Shown here one piece after another: positions 23,996-38,379 of a DNA stretch of 64,000 nucleotides. This DNA is from Callorhinchus milii (lineage: Eukaryota). The position numbers were made by a program, and so were the translations under genes. The DNA lies in NCBI RefSeq assembly GCF_018977255.1, contig NW_024704745.1:26722001-26786000 (forward strand). Reading direction: 5' to 3'. The notes under the pieces were generated by a model. It ran no database searches, had not been told where the DNA came from, and saw nothing but the letters and a program-made list of their open reading frames with translations. The number at the start of each line of letters is the position of its first letter. Position 1 is the stretch's first letter.

Positions 23996-25567
23996 CAATT
24001 ACCTCATTAATTTATTAAACTTTAGGATTTCTTAATTTTTGGAAAATACTGCGTTTCAGTACTCAATCCGAGGAAATGTTTACAATTCTGGATTTATTGC
24101 ACATATATATGTGAATGTACGAGTTATCGGGCACTGTCTAATATAAAAAGTAGAAGTATTATGTTACATTCAACAGCAAGCACATAAAAACTGAAGCGCT
24201 TTTTTTTAATAAAGTGAAATCCAAAAAAGGAATACTTTAAATATCACTATGGAAGAGGAGTACTGAATGGCATCCCATGTGATGGCTTTATCAGATCAAA
24301 CCCTCTATTGAAACCATCTGAGGTGTCAGCCCTGTGAATTTATGCACCATGTAGTCATGTTCAATCGGAGATTTCATAAATTTCATATTAACAGGCAGAG
24401 ACACATATTACAATGCTTACAGCAAAGTAATAAATTCTAAAGCGTTTTAATCAAAAAAGGAATTTTGACCTTTTTATATTTCCAGTAAGTAGTTACCTCT
24501 GCTTTCCTTTCATGTTAATTTCAAAATATTTGTAGTTCCAAGAATATCAACCTGAGTCATGAGAAATGAGAAGCCACGGAAAGCTGAGGTGAACTGTTGT
24601 GGCTTCGATCAATGAATTCAGCACAGCGAGGAATTGTACTTGGCATCTTTTTCATAGCAAATCGTGCACTTAATCACAGAGACACAAAATGACCTTACAT
24701 ATTATTTAAGCAGGTCTGCATGAAAAAAAATCCCATAGTGAACCTAGTTTTTGTGCTAATTTTAAATATTTTGTGTCAAGATCAGAACATCCTTGTGTGG
24801 TTAATATTAACTTCAAGAACACAAAACTAGTAGGTAAGAGCTTGGATTCGAATGTATGTCACTAATTCAATGTATTTGGCAATCATAGCTTCAATACCCA
24901 CCTTCTTGGATCGAAACCTTCTTCGTTGCCTGCCTATTCTTATTAGCAATGTTCAAACAAAATCAGCTACATCAAGAATCTATTTAATTTCTCTTTAAAG
25001 TTACCATATGATGTGATGGGCTTTCTCTAAGAATCACTCACTGAATTGTGTGTTCTATGACATCTCTAGATGCTTTACTCAAGCATTTCATCATGTTGTG
25101 GACACAAAAAGCTGGTGCAAAGACTAGGCACCATTTTGTAGCACTTTTCTACTCTTTGCCTTCATTTAGAACTAAACAATAACCTGATTCATGTTTTAGG
25201 ATTGTTACGAAAGTCATTTTTCAATGCACTTAATCCAATTCTATGTGATCGGTTTAGTAGTGTTAGATATTATGAGTACATTTGCTGAACACTGAAAACT
25301 CTAATGCATTATTGTAACTCATGACTTTATGAGAACACAAGCAAACAGAAAATAAATGTTTCTACTATTCGAAGAACGCAAACACATAAGAGTAGCCAAT
25401 AATTGGATTTTAAAGGATAATTTGGTTTTCTTTCGGCTTTTTCAACAGCATGTTTCTAATGTCAGATAAAGAGGATAATTTGCTCGTCAAGTAATACTAA
25501 AATAAGTGCTGATTTTCAATATGAAAAGAGAAACTTTAGAAATGAAGAAGTCAATGAATGAACAATG

Positions 25568-25833
25568 ACTCAGTGAGTTTATCTGGTGAGTATTTTAGCA
25601 ATACATGTAGGAAGGTTGCAGGTAGGATTCCTGATCTGTGTTGAGTTTGACGATCTCAGCCAGGAATCACTTTGACCACTGAAATGACGAGGGAGGCAAG
25701 ATTCTATCTATTGCTGGTCCATGACTCCTGCTGGGAGATGTGCTTGTGTGGCCATTGGGAGGATGGAATCATATGATGATAATTCATAGCTACTGTAATC
25801 TGCAGCCATTGACATTAACCTTAAGTTCATATG
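25568..25833 (+). mobile_element. Ancient SINE-like element (second copy at 45620-46305)
   Basis: tgatctgtgttgagtttgacgatctcagcc and ctgctgggagatgtgcttgtgtgg resemble the reverse complements of 46250-46281 and 45735-45778. Confidence 0.5.
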
Positions 25834-28267
25834 CTCAGTTCTGTCTTCAAATAACCAAACTTGTCAAACTTAATGCCAGAAACATATTTTCAAATAACCT
25901 TCGCAAAATGTAGAAAACAATGCAGCTAATACATTAGCGCAATACCATCTCTGAATAACATATGCATTGGCCCACATTGGTGGACCACAACCATAATGAT
26001 TAATATATTCATTCCTGACCTTGTTCCTGAATTAAACCCCAGAGTCATTAAGTTATCTTAACTCCTCCAAACATAGAATCCCCTTGTATATTCCTGCTAA
26101 TGATAGCTCTCTTACTTTCAAGGTTTAATTTCTTCCACCATCCTTACCCCAAGAAATGTTTTGGTTGCTTCAAAACTTAAGTTATGCTTCACCTGTATAT
26201 ATTTCATGTTCTCAACATTGAATCAAACCCCTGATTTGATACAATCTGTTTTCCCTCTCAGCCTCATTCTGGGCTTCAACAAGAATAACATCAGTATCAG
26301 TGGGCCTTTTATTTTTTTTCAAGATTACCTCAGTTGATAACATTGAGTATTACTCAGGTAATTTCAGGATAAGTAATGTTTTAAGATTTTTAGAAAAAGG
26401 AATTTTCAGTTCACCGAGCCAAACCCACAGAATAAAAAACGACTTGGTGCTTGGACCCATATTCATTGTTGGCATGAACCCTATTTGCGAATTTCAGGTC
26501 TGTTTTCTTATCCTGGCACTTTTCTGGAACATAAAAAGAAAACAAGTCGCTTAAATTCCATGGATAATTCATTACACAGTGTGACTAGGTTTCAAGACAC
26601 TTCCAAAAGTCTCACCCTCCAGCTTGAATAGGTACAAGCAGGTCAAGAAGCATGCTGGGACAGCTATTTTTGCTAAAGCATGTAGAACTGGTACAGTGAA
26701 CCAAAGGTGACACCTTGTAAGCAATCACTTCTGAGGCAGCTAAATTGACCTTTTTACAAAGGCACAAGGCACTCTAATGAAAACAACAGCTGTTGCTGTA
26801 GAATACGTTTACAGGTTCACATGGAAGGCAACAAGCCTCAATCCTTTAATCTTACAATATCCTGTGGCCATGGAATGCGTGAAATAGAAATCAATCTAAT
26901 GTGTCTCAAAGAAGTCTATTACTGAAGTTGTGCTGAATGCTGAAGGAAGATTATTACCATGTATAAGCAGTAAAGTAAAATTCCAAAGCGGGATTCATTA
27001 TCAGCATAGATTTCTAAATTATTTCACCAAACATTGACAGCGAGGAGTAACAAGAGGTGACTAAATTGCTCAAGAACAAAGTCTCAACTACCAGTGAAGT
27101 GACATTTCTCCCCAGGACAAATGTCTAATGTGATGTCTAATCAAAGAAAATAAGTGAAATTGAGAGTTTCAGAATGTGTTTGATGTACCTCTTTTGACTT
27201 ACCTACATTGAGATCATTTATCTTTGGGCTGTTTAGCAATATTGCAGTGCCATCATGGAAATTTCCAATGCTGGCCAGGTGGTTTCCTGGAGGCACAAGT
27301 TGGGTACATCAGAGGAAGATATTGATTTAAATCAATTGTTGTACTCAGATATTGATCTGGAATCATGGCTGCATTTCAGCACAGAAATTTCCTTTCATAA
27401 TTCCACTGATCCACTTTCCATCAAGAACACTTGGTTCCTTCTTCCTGGTTTCATGTCCTTTGCAGATCCACAGCACACTGCTCTGATTCTACAATGCCAG
27501 CATATTACACATTCTATTTGGGTCTCAAAATTATCTGGAGACATTAAATACACAATAACACTCTAGATCCATCTCCAAATCTTTCTGCCACAATTCAGCT
27601 TTACACCTTATTCCTCCATTCGTGAAGCTCCCCCAATACCATCAGTGTTAAACTCCATTCACCTTGCAACTTCCCCACTACACAACCAATTCAAATCCAT
27701 CCTTAAATACATTGTTCTGCTTCCTTTCTTTACCATTCCCCCACTTTGTGTAGTTTCAAATTGAGGCTTGACATTCAGATCACCCATGAAGCACAGAAAC
27801 AACAAGGGTCTAAGCAACTGAACCCTTCCCCCTCCCACCAAAATCCCTTCCAAACTATTTTCTTATCCAGTCCACAGTCCGTACCAGATTCCCTTAATTC
27901 TCAGTCCAATAGAGGTCTTTTGTGCAGAATTCTGTCACAAGCCCCTGGAAAGTTCAACCCCCTCCCCTCCCACCCTTCACCCCCATATTCACAGACACAC
28001 ACACACTCATATATACTATTGATGGTAAATACAACGTGACTAAGGACCAAAGATATACTGAACAATTTCCTCTGTCCTACATACTATAAAAACTAATCAT
28101 TAATTGAAACTGCTGGTACTGTAACAAGAACAAAAATCTTAATGTTTTGTTTAATATTGGCAAACTATATTTCCATCCTAAGATAAGTAAAATCAATTCT
28201 ATAGCCTTTTATTATATTTTGCTGTACACAAATTGGCTGCAATGTTTGTCAACAAATACAGTTTTAA

Positions 28268-28585
28268 TTGTTCATTCATTTCATGATTGTTTGTGGGACA
28301 ATGCTGTGCACAAACTAGCTTCCATGTTCGCCCACAAATATTCAATCACTACGCTTAAAGTAAATCCTGTGAAGCTTTTTGAGATGCTTGCCTGACATGA
28401 AAGGCGCTATAACAAATTCAAAAATAATTATTACACCTCACATTAAAAACCTGTGAAACAACTTTGAGACGACTTGACAATGTGATAAGGCGTTTATATC
28501 AAATGCAAGGATAATTAAGGATTTTAACAACAACAACTTGCATTTATACAGCGCCTCTCACATAAGGTAGAGTACCAGAGCGCTT
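28268..28585. mobile_element. Cluster of two DeuSINE 3' fragments (+) and one L2 tail (-, 28526-28585)
   Basis: Tails ...gaaaggcgctataacaaattc and ...gataaggcgtttatatcaaatgcaagg, then (aac)n ttgcatttatacagcgcc. Confidence 0.75.
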
Positions 28586-29629
28586 AATACCATAATGAGA
28601 CTAGTTCTGCTTATTGGTTTCAAAATAAAGCTTTCAGTGCAGTCATTTAGGAGAGTTAAGGAAATATATATTTTTTTAAAAATGAAATAGATTTTATTTT
28701 CAGTAATTGTGAAGCAGATGTGTTGCATAAGGAGCAGATGTTGGGGTCTAATTTGTAATATTACTTAATGGAATTTCTTAACAAATCCAAGTTGCAGAAA
28801 TAGGACGCCTTGCAGTAACTAGAAGTAAGTTATTCTGACCTATGGAACTCAGCTTTGACACAATCTACCTTGGAAACGGAGGCCATAGAATTCTATTGCA
28901 TTTCTGGTTAAAGTATCCCATTAGGAAATACTGCAAATTGAATTCAGATGCCTTATTAACTGTAACAGGAAAAATATAACTGAATTAACTGTCAATGAAT
29001 TATGCAAATTAGTCTGGCACTCCAAAAAGCTCCATATTAAAAAGATTGAGGAACTGAGGGCGAAAGAGCATTCTGGATTCTGGATCCCCAAATCTTTTGG
29101 ATTATCATTGGAGATTTGTTCATCCTTCTCGGTACATATAAGAGCCAAAAAATTAAAGAAAGATACATATAATGTTACTTTGCTTCTGTTCCTCTTTATT
29201 AGTAGTGAGTCTCCAAACTGAATGGAACTCACACTGATGCATTGTTCTAACCTAATGCAACAAAGATGTGACTGAAGGTTTCCAATTCTGCTGCAATTGA
29301 CTGTGTAATTTTTGCAATATAAAAGTGAAAGGTAACGGGTATTGTTCTCAAACAAATGGCCCAATAAAATGAAAGCATTCAAGAGTGAATGTTTTTGAAT
29401 TATATAAGGTTCCTATAAACTAGGATCTCTTATTTTGTGCCTTGTTACCAATTTAATTGGGATCGATTTGCACATGTAATGACTACAGTTCTGCTTTGGT
29501 TGATCGAAATGATTTGATCCCAATGGTTTGTTGGCTATTATGCTTGGTACTAAAATGTAAACCCTTCATAATACATTTATAACATCATTGATCTGAGTAC
29601 TGGACTAACAATATTATCAGATAATCGAG

Positions 29630-29850
29630 TGCAACAGGACAAAAGATCACAAGGCCATAATTGTGAAAGGCATATTTTGGGATAGACACTTAAGAGTACT
29701 TCTTCACGCAATAGACCATTAACAGCTGGAATAGGTTAGCATGAAGAATGGTTGAGGGTTGGGCACTTGCAATGGGAGGAAGTTTTATGGATATTCTGGA
29801 AAGGTGAGATCAAATGGGCCAAAGTACATTTTTCATCCAAACCTCACATG
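29630..29850 (+). mobile_element. Decayed CR1 3' fragment
   Basis: aagagtacttcttcacgcaatagaccattaacagctggaatagg (FFTQ..INSWNR) and aaatgggccaaa UTR motif. Confidence 0.6.
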
Positions 29851-31195
29851 GGCTTTGTTTACTGTAGTTGTAAAACACAACAAACATAAAGAATTACTAA
29901 TAATATAGCTTCATTAATAATAAGTTGCTGATTATTAGTTTAATATTTTCTATTGAAATTGAGTACACAGAATAACATTTTGATATTTTTTGCTACAAGT
30001 TTTGCTCTGTTTTGGAAAAGTCAGCTATGGTTTCAATACTGAATTAGGCAAAAGAATTTGAAAACAATTAGAAGAAATATAAAACAGGGACGGGAAAATT
30101 CACATTATATCAACTTCAAAATACCTTTTAAAAGTTGCCATACTAAATGATGCTCTGCTTGAAATGGAAATGCAGTTCAATTTAAAGAGGGACATTTGAA
30201 AATGCTCTTGGAAAAGAAATCAATGCAAATGTTTTCAGAATTAACTCAGTAGTACAAACCACTGCATAATACTAGCTTTCTTCTTAAGTAATCAAAGGAA
30301 ACTTATGGACATTCATAGTTTCCAAAGGCTTTTACAAATGCTGCCATTAAAATTTACAGATTTATCTGATATAAACCACATTTCATGCTGTAAATGGGGG
30401 TTGGAAACTGCTTGCAAAGAATATGGTTATTTTTCCAGTAGCTACTTTGGTTTCATTTTACATTTATGAAAACCTTATGCTTCAACCCATAATCCAAAAA
30501 AGAGACATTTTACCTTAGTATGTATGCTTGGCCATTTCGTGTTCATTGCTTCATATTTTTAGTAATGTTTGTTTTTAACAGGATGAGGTATCAATTCCAT
30601 CAATCCATATTCAGACCAAGCTGCATCAGACAGGGCTGCTCAGTATTCCATACCTTCTCCTGAGGCTGCCATTATCATATTTAGTTTCACTGGGTTTAAA
30701 ACATAATCTCAAAATGTAGTTCAACGTTGCATTTTTAACTCACAGAGGTCATGGATCTTTGCGGTTTTCTGACCCACTTCATCTTACTATTCCAGGTTAG
30801 TATTTTTGCAGATCTGATATTACCAATGTTACTGGCATATTGGATTTTGTCACAACATTGTATTTGGATAACAGCAAAATGCAAGAGAGTGATGAATGCC
30901 ACTGGCCTCTAAATTGAAACTGTTGACATTTTTCAATTAATCATATTTTGTATCCACTCCAAGTAACTAGTTTGCTCTATGTAAAAGCAAATCCCTTCTT
31001 AATTTATTCCATAATAATCAGCTCGCAAACATTTGACCACAGCCAAATATTCTCTTCGCTCTTTTTCAAACTTAACCTTTACCATGGGTAAAGCAGTACA
31101 TAAAACCTCTTGCTGTATTTGACAGTGCAGATGCTAAACACAATGTGTATTGCAATGTTTGATGGACTTGTGCTTAATATATCCTTCAATAGTGC

Positions 31196-31640
31196 ACAAC
31201 AACAATCATTTTCACTTATACCTTTACATCAGAGAACATCTTAAAGTGATTTACAGAGACGCAGTGAAAGCCCAAGTTGGGTTGTAGATTAACTTTGGTA
31301 GTGGAGAGGTGGTTGAAGGTACAGTCAGTCAAAGGGATAGGTCTTTAGACGTGCTTTGAATGTGGAGAGAGAGGGCTTGAAGTGGATAGATCTCAAAGAG
31401 AGTTCTGGAGATAAGGGGCAAAGAGGCTGCGAGCTCACCCACCACTGTTGGGGCGGAGGATATGAAGCAGGCCAGTGTTAGCGGAGAGAGTATATGACCC
31501 AAGGAAATTGTAGTGCTAGGGTGAGGCATTTGGAGGTAAAATAAGGTTCTGAACGTCAATCTTCTCAAGGAGAGGAAACCAGTGGTGCCTGGCAAGGATA
31601 GGAGTGAGGCACTGGTGAGAACAGGTCTACTCAGTGTCAA
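31196..31640 (-). mobile_element. Decayed L2 3' end
   Basis: Reverse strand is pyrimidine-rich with cattcaaagcacgtctaaagacctatccctttgac (FKARLKTYPFD) and an (aac)n tail remnant at about 31196-31205. Confidence 0.6.
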
Positions 31641-32149
31641 TATTCATAGATACTGATTTATGTAACATCTGACCTGGGCTTGGGTCTGCTGGAAACAGTT
31701 TTTCTGTCATTTAACTCTACTTAGGGATGGAGCATTTTAATAATAAATGAATGCTTGCTCCATTGCCCATTTGATTTTCTTGTTTCCCTTCATTTATCTC
31801 CTGATGTGCTACAATGTAAGTATAGTTTTGTACTTCACAATGGAGTTATGAATAATGTGTAAGTTTTGCAACAAAACATGAAAAAAATTAGATTGCTTGG
31901 ATCAATGGGCTAGGCTGACAGTCAATCTATTATCATTTCAACATCAGAAACTCAGAATTCTTTGTTCTTGCATGCTATAAGTTCTTATTACAGTTTATAT
32001 CTATTTTCATAGGGTTGTTGGTGTTACTCATAACTTTATTTTATCAGGATTAATCCTGACGGGCTATTAAGATAAATATATTCACACATTTTTTTCCAAT
32101 TACTTGGAATAGACTATATGCTAACTAGTCTATTATATACCACAGAATT

Positions 32150-33300
32150 AAAGTCTGTGGGTTAAAAGGGACAGTGGATGCGAAAATGGCTGGAAGACAG
32201 AAAACAACAACAACAAGATTACATTTGTATAGCGCCTTTCACGTCAGGAGGACGTGCCAAGGCGCTGGACAGAGAACAGCATTTCGGAGGGGAGGGAGGT
32301 ATACAGTGGTGTCCTCCAAGGATGGGTACGAGGTTCACTGCTCTTTTTGACTTGAGTTTAGAGAGCAAAATTTTTAATTTGCAGATGACACAAAACTTGC
32401 GAACATAGTAAACAGTGAGGAGGATAACAGCAGATGACAGGAGGACATTGACAGACTGGTGAAATAGGCAGACATGGTGTAATGCAGAGAAGTGTGAACT
32501 GATGTATTTTGGGAGGAAGAATGAGAGGCAATATACAATAAATTGAAGTAATAGTAATTTTTAATTATTACAGTTTTAAAAGGGGTGCAGGAGCAGGGAG
32601 ACCTGGGGGTTCACATATGCAGGTCTTTGAAGGTGGTAGGACAAGTTGATAGATGTGATAAAAAAGCATATGGGATCCTTGGCTTTATAAATAGAGGCAT
32701 AGAATACAAAAGCAAGGAAGTTCTGCTAAACCTTTATAAGTGACTGGTTAGGACTCAGCTGGAATATTGTGTCCAATTCTGGGTACCACACTTTAGGAAG
32801 GATATCAAGGCCTTGGAAAGGGTGCAGAGGAGATTTACCAGAATGGTACCAGGGATGAGGGACTTTAGTTATGTGGAGAAACTAGATAAGCTGGGATTGT
32901 TCTCCTTAGAGCAGAGAATGTTAAGGGAAGATTTAATAGAGGTGTTCAAAATTATGAAGGGTTTTAATAGAATAAATAGGAGAAACTGTTTCCACTGACA
33001 GGTGGGTCAGTAACCAGGGGACAAAGATTTAAGATAATTGGCAAAACAACCAGATGTTGGGAATTTTCTTTACGCAAAAAGTTGTTAAGGTCTGGAATGT
33101 ACTGCCTGAAAGGATGGTGGAAACAAATTCAATAACAACTTTCAAAAGAGAATTGGATAGGTACTTGAAAAGGAGAAATTTGCAAGGATATTGGGAAAGA
33201 GCAGAGGAATGAGACTGATTGGGTCGCTCATCTAAAGAGCCGGTACAGGAATGATGGGCCAAACGGCCTTCTTCTATTCTGTAATATTCTATGTTTCTAC
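32150..33300 (+). mobile_element. CR1 LINE 3' ~1.1 kb with an L2 3' end inserted at about 32203-32300 (-)
   Basis: FADDTKL-like motif at about 32380, LEYCVQFW.PHFRKDIKALERVQRRFTRMVPGMR, and a CR1 tail ending ttctatgtttcta. Confidence 0.92.
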
Positions 33301-33808
33301 TTCTTATTGTTCTATCATCAGTGAAGGTGGCCCACTCATTTCTAGAAGCATCTCCGCTGTTTTATTGTGCAAAATAAATTGCATATTGAAAATTGACTGA
33401 AAAAATGTGCCTGAATAAAAATCTGGTATTTATTTTACTAGTCCTTTGGCCAAGTTTTTTGAAATCTGAGCAGCAGCAGTCTCTGCTGTTAATGTGGCAT
33501 TGCAGTAGCAGCAGTGATCGAGTTAGTGATTCGACCTTAGGCTCTTTTATGCACTATTTGCCCCAAAATGTTGCACCTTTCAAAATGCATTGATGGGAGC
33601 ACAAATCAGAATTATATATCCCATTATTATCTTGATGTGCTGAGTTGACAATATTACTGAAGCATCTTTGCAGATGTTTCTTTCAAAAGCCAATTGTGCT
33701 TGTTACATTCTTGCTGAAAGATCCTGTAAGCAACACTGCTGAAAATGTGCTGCTTCAGGCAGGATCCAAAAGTCAGCAGATAACTCCTTTGAGTCCTGGA
33801 GTTATTTT

Positions 33809-34551
33809 CCTGGGCAAAATCGTTAGAGGAAAAAGTTGGACAGAAAAACTAGTTTCCTTAATCTTACAAGGGACAGTTGCTTTATTGGAGAGAGAAACAC
33901 AAGTATACCTAACTTTGTGATGTGAAAGTCCAGTTTGTGGTTTTGCTAACCAACTTGATATTGGCTTACAATGCACACATTTTGTATTAGTTGATATCTG
34001 CTGGTACGGTGCTGGTAGACTTACAAAACAATTATAGATACCACAGTACAGGCAGAAATAAAACTTGATGAATGATTCCAAGGTACAAAATTGCATGCTA
34101 ACAACTCCACAGTACTTGCAAACAAACAATTGTCTTCGGTGATCAAAATCATTGCACTCTCTGTTCCTGTTCAACTGATGTTTTTGTATGGCATCGTCCT
34201 ACTTTTTGCTACTGACATTGAGAATCATTGTATAAAAAAGGAGAGTACTCAGAGAAAATGATACTATCATGGAAGAAGGAGCATCGAGATGAGATGTCAT
34301 CCAACTTTTACTATCTTCTATGGGATGTCCTGCAGACATGCTCCAGCACTTCAGCAGCTTTATTAATTTTAAGAACAAATATGAAACAAAAATGTTTGCA
34401 CAATACATATAATGGTGAAAATTATGATGTTTCTTAACAGATTTGATATAACCCACTGAATCTGCTAAATGAGATCCAGTCAATTTCCAGTCAATAATTA
34501 AGCCTGGGCAAAATCGTTAGAGGAAAAAGTTGGACAGAAAAACTAGTTTCC
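33809..34551 (+). repeat. Perfect 49-bp direct repeat (33809-33857 and 34503-34551)
   Basis: cctgggcaaaatcgttagaggaaaaagttggacagaaaaactagtttcc is identical at both sites. Confidence 0.95.
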
Positions 34552-37525
34552 GATGGTTTTTTGTTTTGGAACAAGGCAGGCAAGGGGTGAAATGGCAAAT
34601 TGAATTTTTACGCATGAAGTGCAAGTATGAAATGGCAGTTATAAAGAGCCGAGGGGAGATGGTGAAAGAAGCACGGAGAGTGAAAGAGGAAAATAGATTA
34701 AATGGAACCTTTGGAGAGAATGATCTCAGTTGGGACTGCTGCTAGTTCAGCTTGTTTGAAATGTGTTATTATTTTGGTTAATCTTCTTAGAGCTGAACTT
34801 AATAAAAGGTCAAATGGAAGGAGAACACCCATTGTTTAGTTATTATTAGGTGAAATTTACAATGTCACTTTGTGATCAGCCAGCAGGAGGTGCAATTCTG
34901 AGGAGATGCTTCCAGGTATGAATTTGTCCTCCCCCTTTTAACTGCCATTGGAACTCACTGAACCATGCAAGATAGTCTGATCAAAGAGCGTACCTGGTAC
35001 TCAACTCAGGATTTTCTGATTGAGGACAAAAGGCTCAGTTTGTTGTTCAGTATTACCAGATACCCTAACCCATGTTTAACAAATGTTTGTGTGTGTGTGT
35101 GTACCTTTGCAGATGCAAAGAAAATCTGTTGGTGATCCTTGGAATGAGTTGCTTTAATTTCTACAGACATGCTTTGAAACATCCTTAATTGGTTTCATCT
35201 CGCCCTTTCCGTGACACAAATGTTATGGATGAGAAAAATTCTCAGACCTGCTCCTATTTGAAATAAAATCTAACATGAAGCCCTTAATACCTTAAATTAA
35301 CAACTTCTATATCAATTTACTCAACTGCTGTCATTCTCTGCCGCATTTGCAACATTGAAAACAGATTTTTATTTATAAGAATCTTATAATAGATTTGTGT
35401 TTTTCAAAAATCCAAACCAGTAGTATAATAAGAGTTTTCAACTTCTTGAGTAATTCCAATGCGCTTTATATTCATACTGATTATGATTCTTACAAAGACT
35501 GGACAAATAAGTATAATACTCTTAAGTAAGTCAATGTCACTTCTGTTAGCTTCTAATATCCCTTTTTCTATTTATATGATATTTAATATAACTCATGAGA
35601 ATGAGATTGACCGCCTAATTCATATTTACCATTATTCTTGAGCTACCACCCTGGAGATAGCTCCTTCAGGGACTACAATCGCCTCTCCTTCCCTTGGCAG
35701 ACATTCTAGAACTGAATCCACATGCCTGATCTGAGTCATTTGTACTTTGCTGAAGTTGCACATGTAGAATGAGATTGGTTCAGAAATAATCTCACACTGG
35801 ATTCCAATAGTGTGGCTTCAATAGTTACTTTAGCCTAAATTGGCTAATCACAATTGAAACCAGCACAAAAACTGATCTGCATTTGACTGCAGTGGAAGTT
35901 GCCTAGTTTCCAGATTACATACCCCAGAACACATTAGGGATTCACTAAGCATTGATATGCACCACTGACTATGAGTTCCCAATAATAATGATGTTGAACC
36001 CAATAATAATAACCTTTTACCTTTAAATACTGCACTTTTAATCATTTTAGTAACTTTCTAGGCCTTGCTATCTCCTCCATTGCAAAAGGAAACCCAAGAA
36101 ACTCAGAGTTGAAGAAGTTTTGTTATGCTGACCTCTGCGCCCCTTAACAACTCAGCAATAGTCTATGAAGCTCATATGTTTTCCAACATCTGAATATAGC
36201 TTCTACATCTGGAAGGTTCTCCCAACTCTTTCTTTTCACTCTTTGGCAGCATATAAGAAAGGTCTTCCTATTCAGTTTGTGATCATTCACTCATCCAGGC
36301 CTCCATTAAATCTCTGGCTCTGTTTGAACCTTTACCTGTCAAGTTTATTGATATTACAGTGGAATTTTACTGTATTAAGTGTTTCTCCCAAAATATGTAA
36401 TCCAACATAGTCTTCCTCCTCACTGTATCTCCACTGTATTCAGTTGAAAAAAAATCACTCTTTTGTATATTAACTTATTCATTCTCAGGACTTCAATTTA
36501 TATTCCCTCAGTTATCCTTTTCTTAATGCACCTCAAACAATTCACAGGTTCTTCAAATAATAATTTTTTTTTTTAGCACCCAATATTGGTCACCGAAACA
36601 CTCATCGGTGTTGCAATTTGGACTTTAACCTTTGACCTAGTAAATATCAGCAATGCATTTTACAAAAGGAACAGAACTTTGCACAGCGAGATCTATAGCT
36701 TAAGTATCAGATTACTGAGGGAGCCTATCTTGGTTAATAAATAGCGATTTCAGTGCCCCCGAAGTGCACCAGACTAAGGAAAACCTGGTTACCATCACAT
36801 TTAGACAGCGCTAAGAAGTCGGTGACATTTTGGAATCTCTCGGGATTGATTGCTGACATTTTCAGCCATTTCAGTCTTGAAATTACCCAGCTGCTGAAGG
36901 GCAACATTCTTTTTTATTTTGTTCATTATTTTATCATTGTTTAACAGAAGTCCTTGTTGAGTCTATGACTTGCAATATACATATTTTCAAATAAGATCAC
37001 TTCAGAAATGATATTAGTGCCTTTTCTTGTGATCCAGAGAACCAACAGGAAGCACAGATTGAAGTAAGCTACTGACATTCAATTGACTTTGTCTACAGTT
37101 CACACATTGTTGGTGAAGTGGTCAATGCAATATCCTGTCTTTTAATTTTTCATTTCCTCCCATTTCATGAGTTATTTGCTTTCTATTTACATTACCCCAT
37201 CTCCACAAACTATTCCCTGACTAAGAGGACAGTGACAAACTTAATCCTGTGCTGATGCCTAGACTTCTCTCAAACCTGCCATCGGAATGTACACATGTAT
37301 GGTGCAGGTTGACCTCCAATTTCCTATTGCTTTCCCTGGACAACTCTTCATGAGGCTATTCCTAAAACATTTCTACAACATTAACCCTTAGACAACCAGC
37401 AAACCTTTGAAGACATCTGTTTCTGTAGGTCTTGATCTATTCTCGTAACATTCAGCATGGACACAGCAATACTGAAACAATACTTTCATAGAGTATTAAT
37501 GCTACTTAAACATGGAGGATAACAT

Positions 37526-37662
37526 TATAATAATAATCCTTGCATTTGATAAAGCGCCTTATCATGTCTTTGAGATGGCTCAAAGAGCTTCACAGAATAT
37601 ACTGTAAAGTGAATTGAGTATATTTTGTGGATGAAATGCGGGAGACAATTGCACACAGCATG
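37526..37662 (-). mobile_element. DeuSINE 3' fragment
   Basis: (aat)n ccttgcatttgataaagcgccttatc...gcttcacagaatatactgtaaagtgaattg. Confidence 0.85.
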
Positions 37663-38379
37663 GTTTATTATTATAATGTTATGCCTATCCCACCATATTA
37701 ATACAAATTTTTTTAAAAAGCTTTGCCTCATGTTGTCATTACTTTTTCCTTGTTTTTACTTCTTCATAGTCTCTCTATTCTTTCTAGTTTCATTTTATTG
37801 TTCCCATATTGTTCCATTTTCTATATGTTTTCAAAAGTTAAACCTTGTTATTTAATCTTCCGCTTCTCCTTCCCAGCTCCCACTGTTTATTTTTGAAGAT
37901 GAGGGTAACTGGTTTTAAAAGGGATTTATATTGGCTCAGAACCAGCCTGATAAAATTCACAACCAGTGAAACTCTAAAAGTTTGAAGAATGGCAGGGTCA
38001 TATGTAAGATGTGACCCTGTCAATTACTGATGTGATTTTTACTTCTGAAAGAGGAACATGGGGTCACATCTGAGGATACTGGCAGTGCCCAGATAATTGA
38101 ACCAGTCCACTGTATAACTTTCACATTCCATAATACATTTTTGTATATATAAAAAGATCGCTTCATAGGGACTAATATGTAAGAATAGCAAATTGATTGC
38201 ACCTAACGTATATTCGAATGAACTGAATATATATAGTCCTTGGCATCAAAGCCCAATTACATTATCCTTACCTGCATTCTGAATCAGATCAGCATAATCG
38301 GCACAAACTAAGGATATTTATGTTTCAGACATTTTCAGGGCACTGCTGATAAAAGCACAGCCAGCCTGGCTCACCGGCA

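Noticed and set aside
28921-29382. 153-aa minus-strand ORF
   Set aside because: No ATG start, AT-rich composition, no recognisable motif and no convincing splice boundaries.
32150-33300. Active CR1 or L2 element anywhere in the window
   Set aside because: All copies are 5'-truncated with stops and frameshifts. No intact EN-RT ORF exists.
33809-34551. CRISPR array or LTR element
   Set aside because: Only two repeat units, a eukaryotic context, no TG...CA ends, and no PBS or PPT seen.
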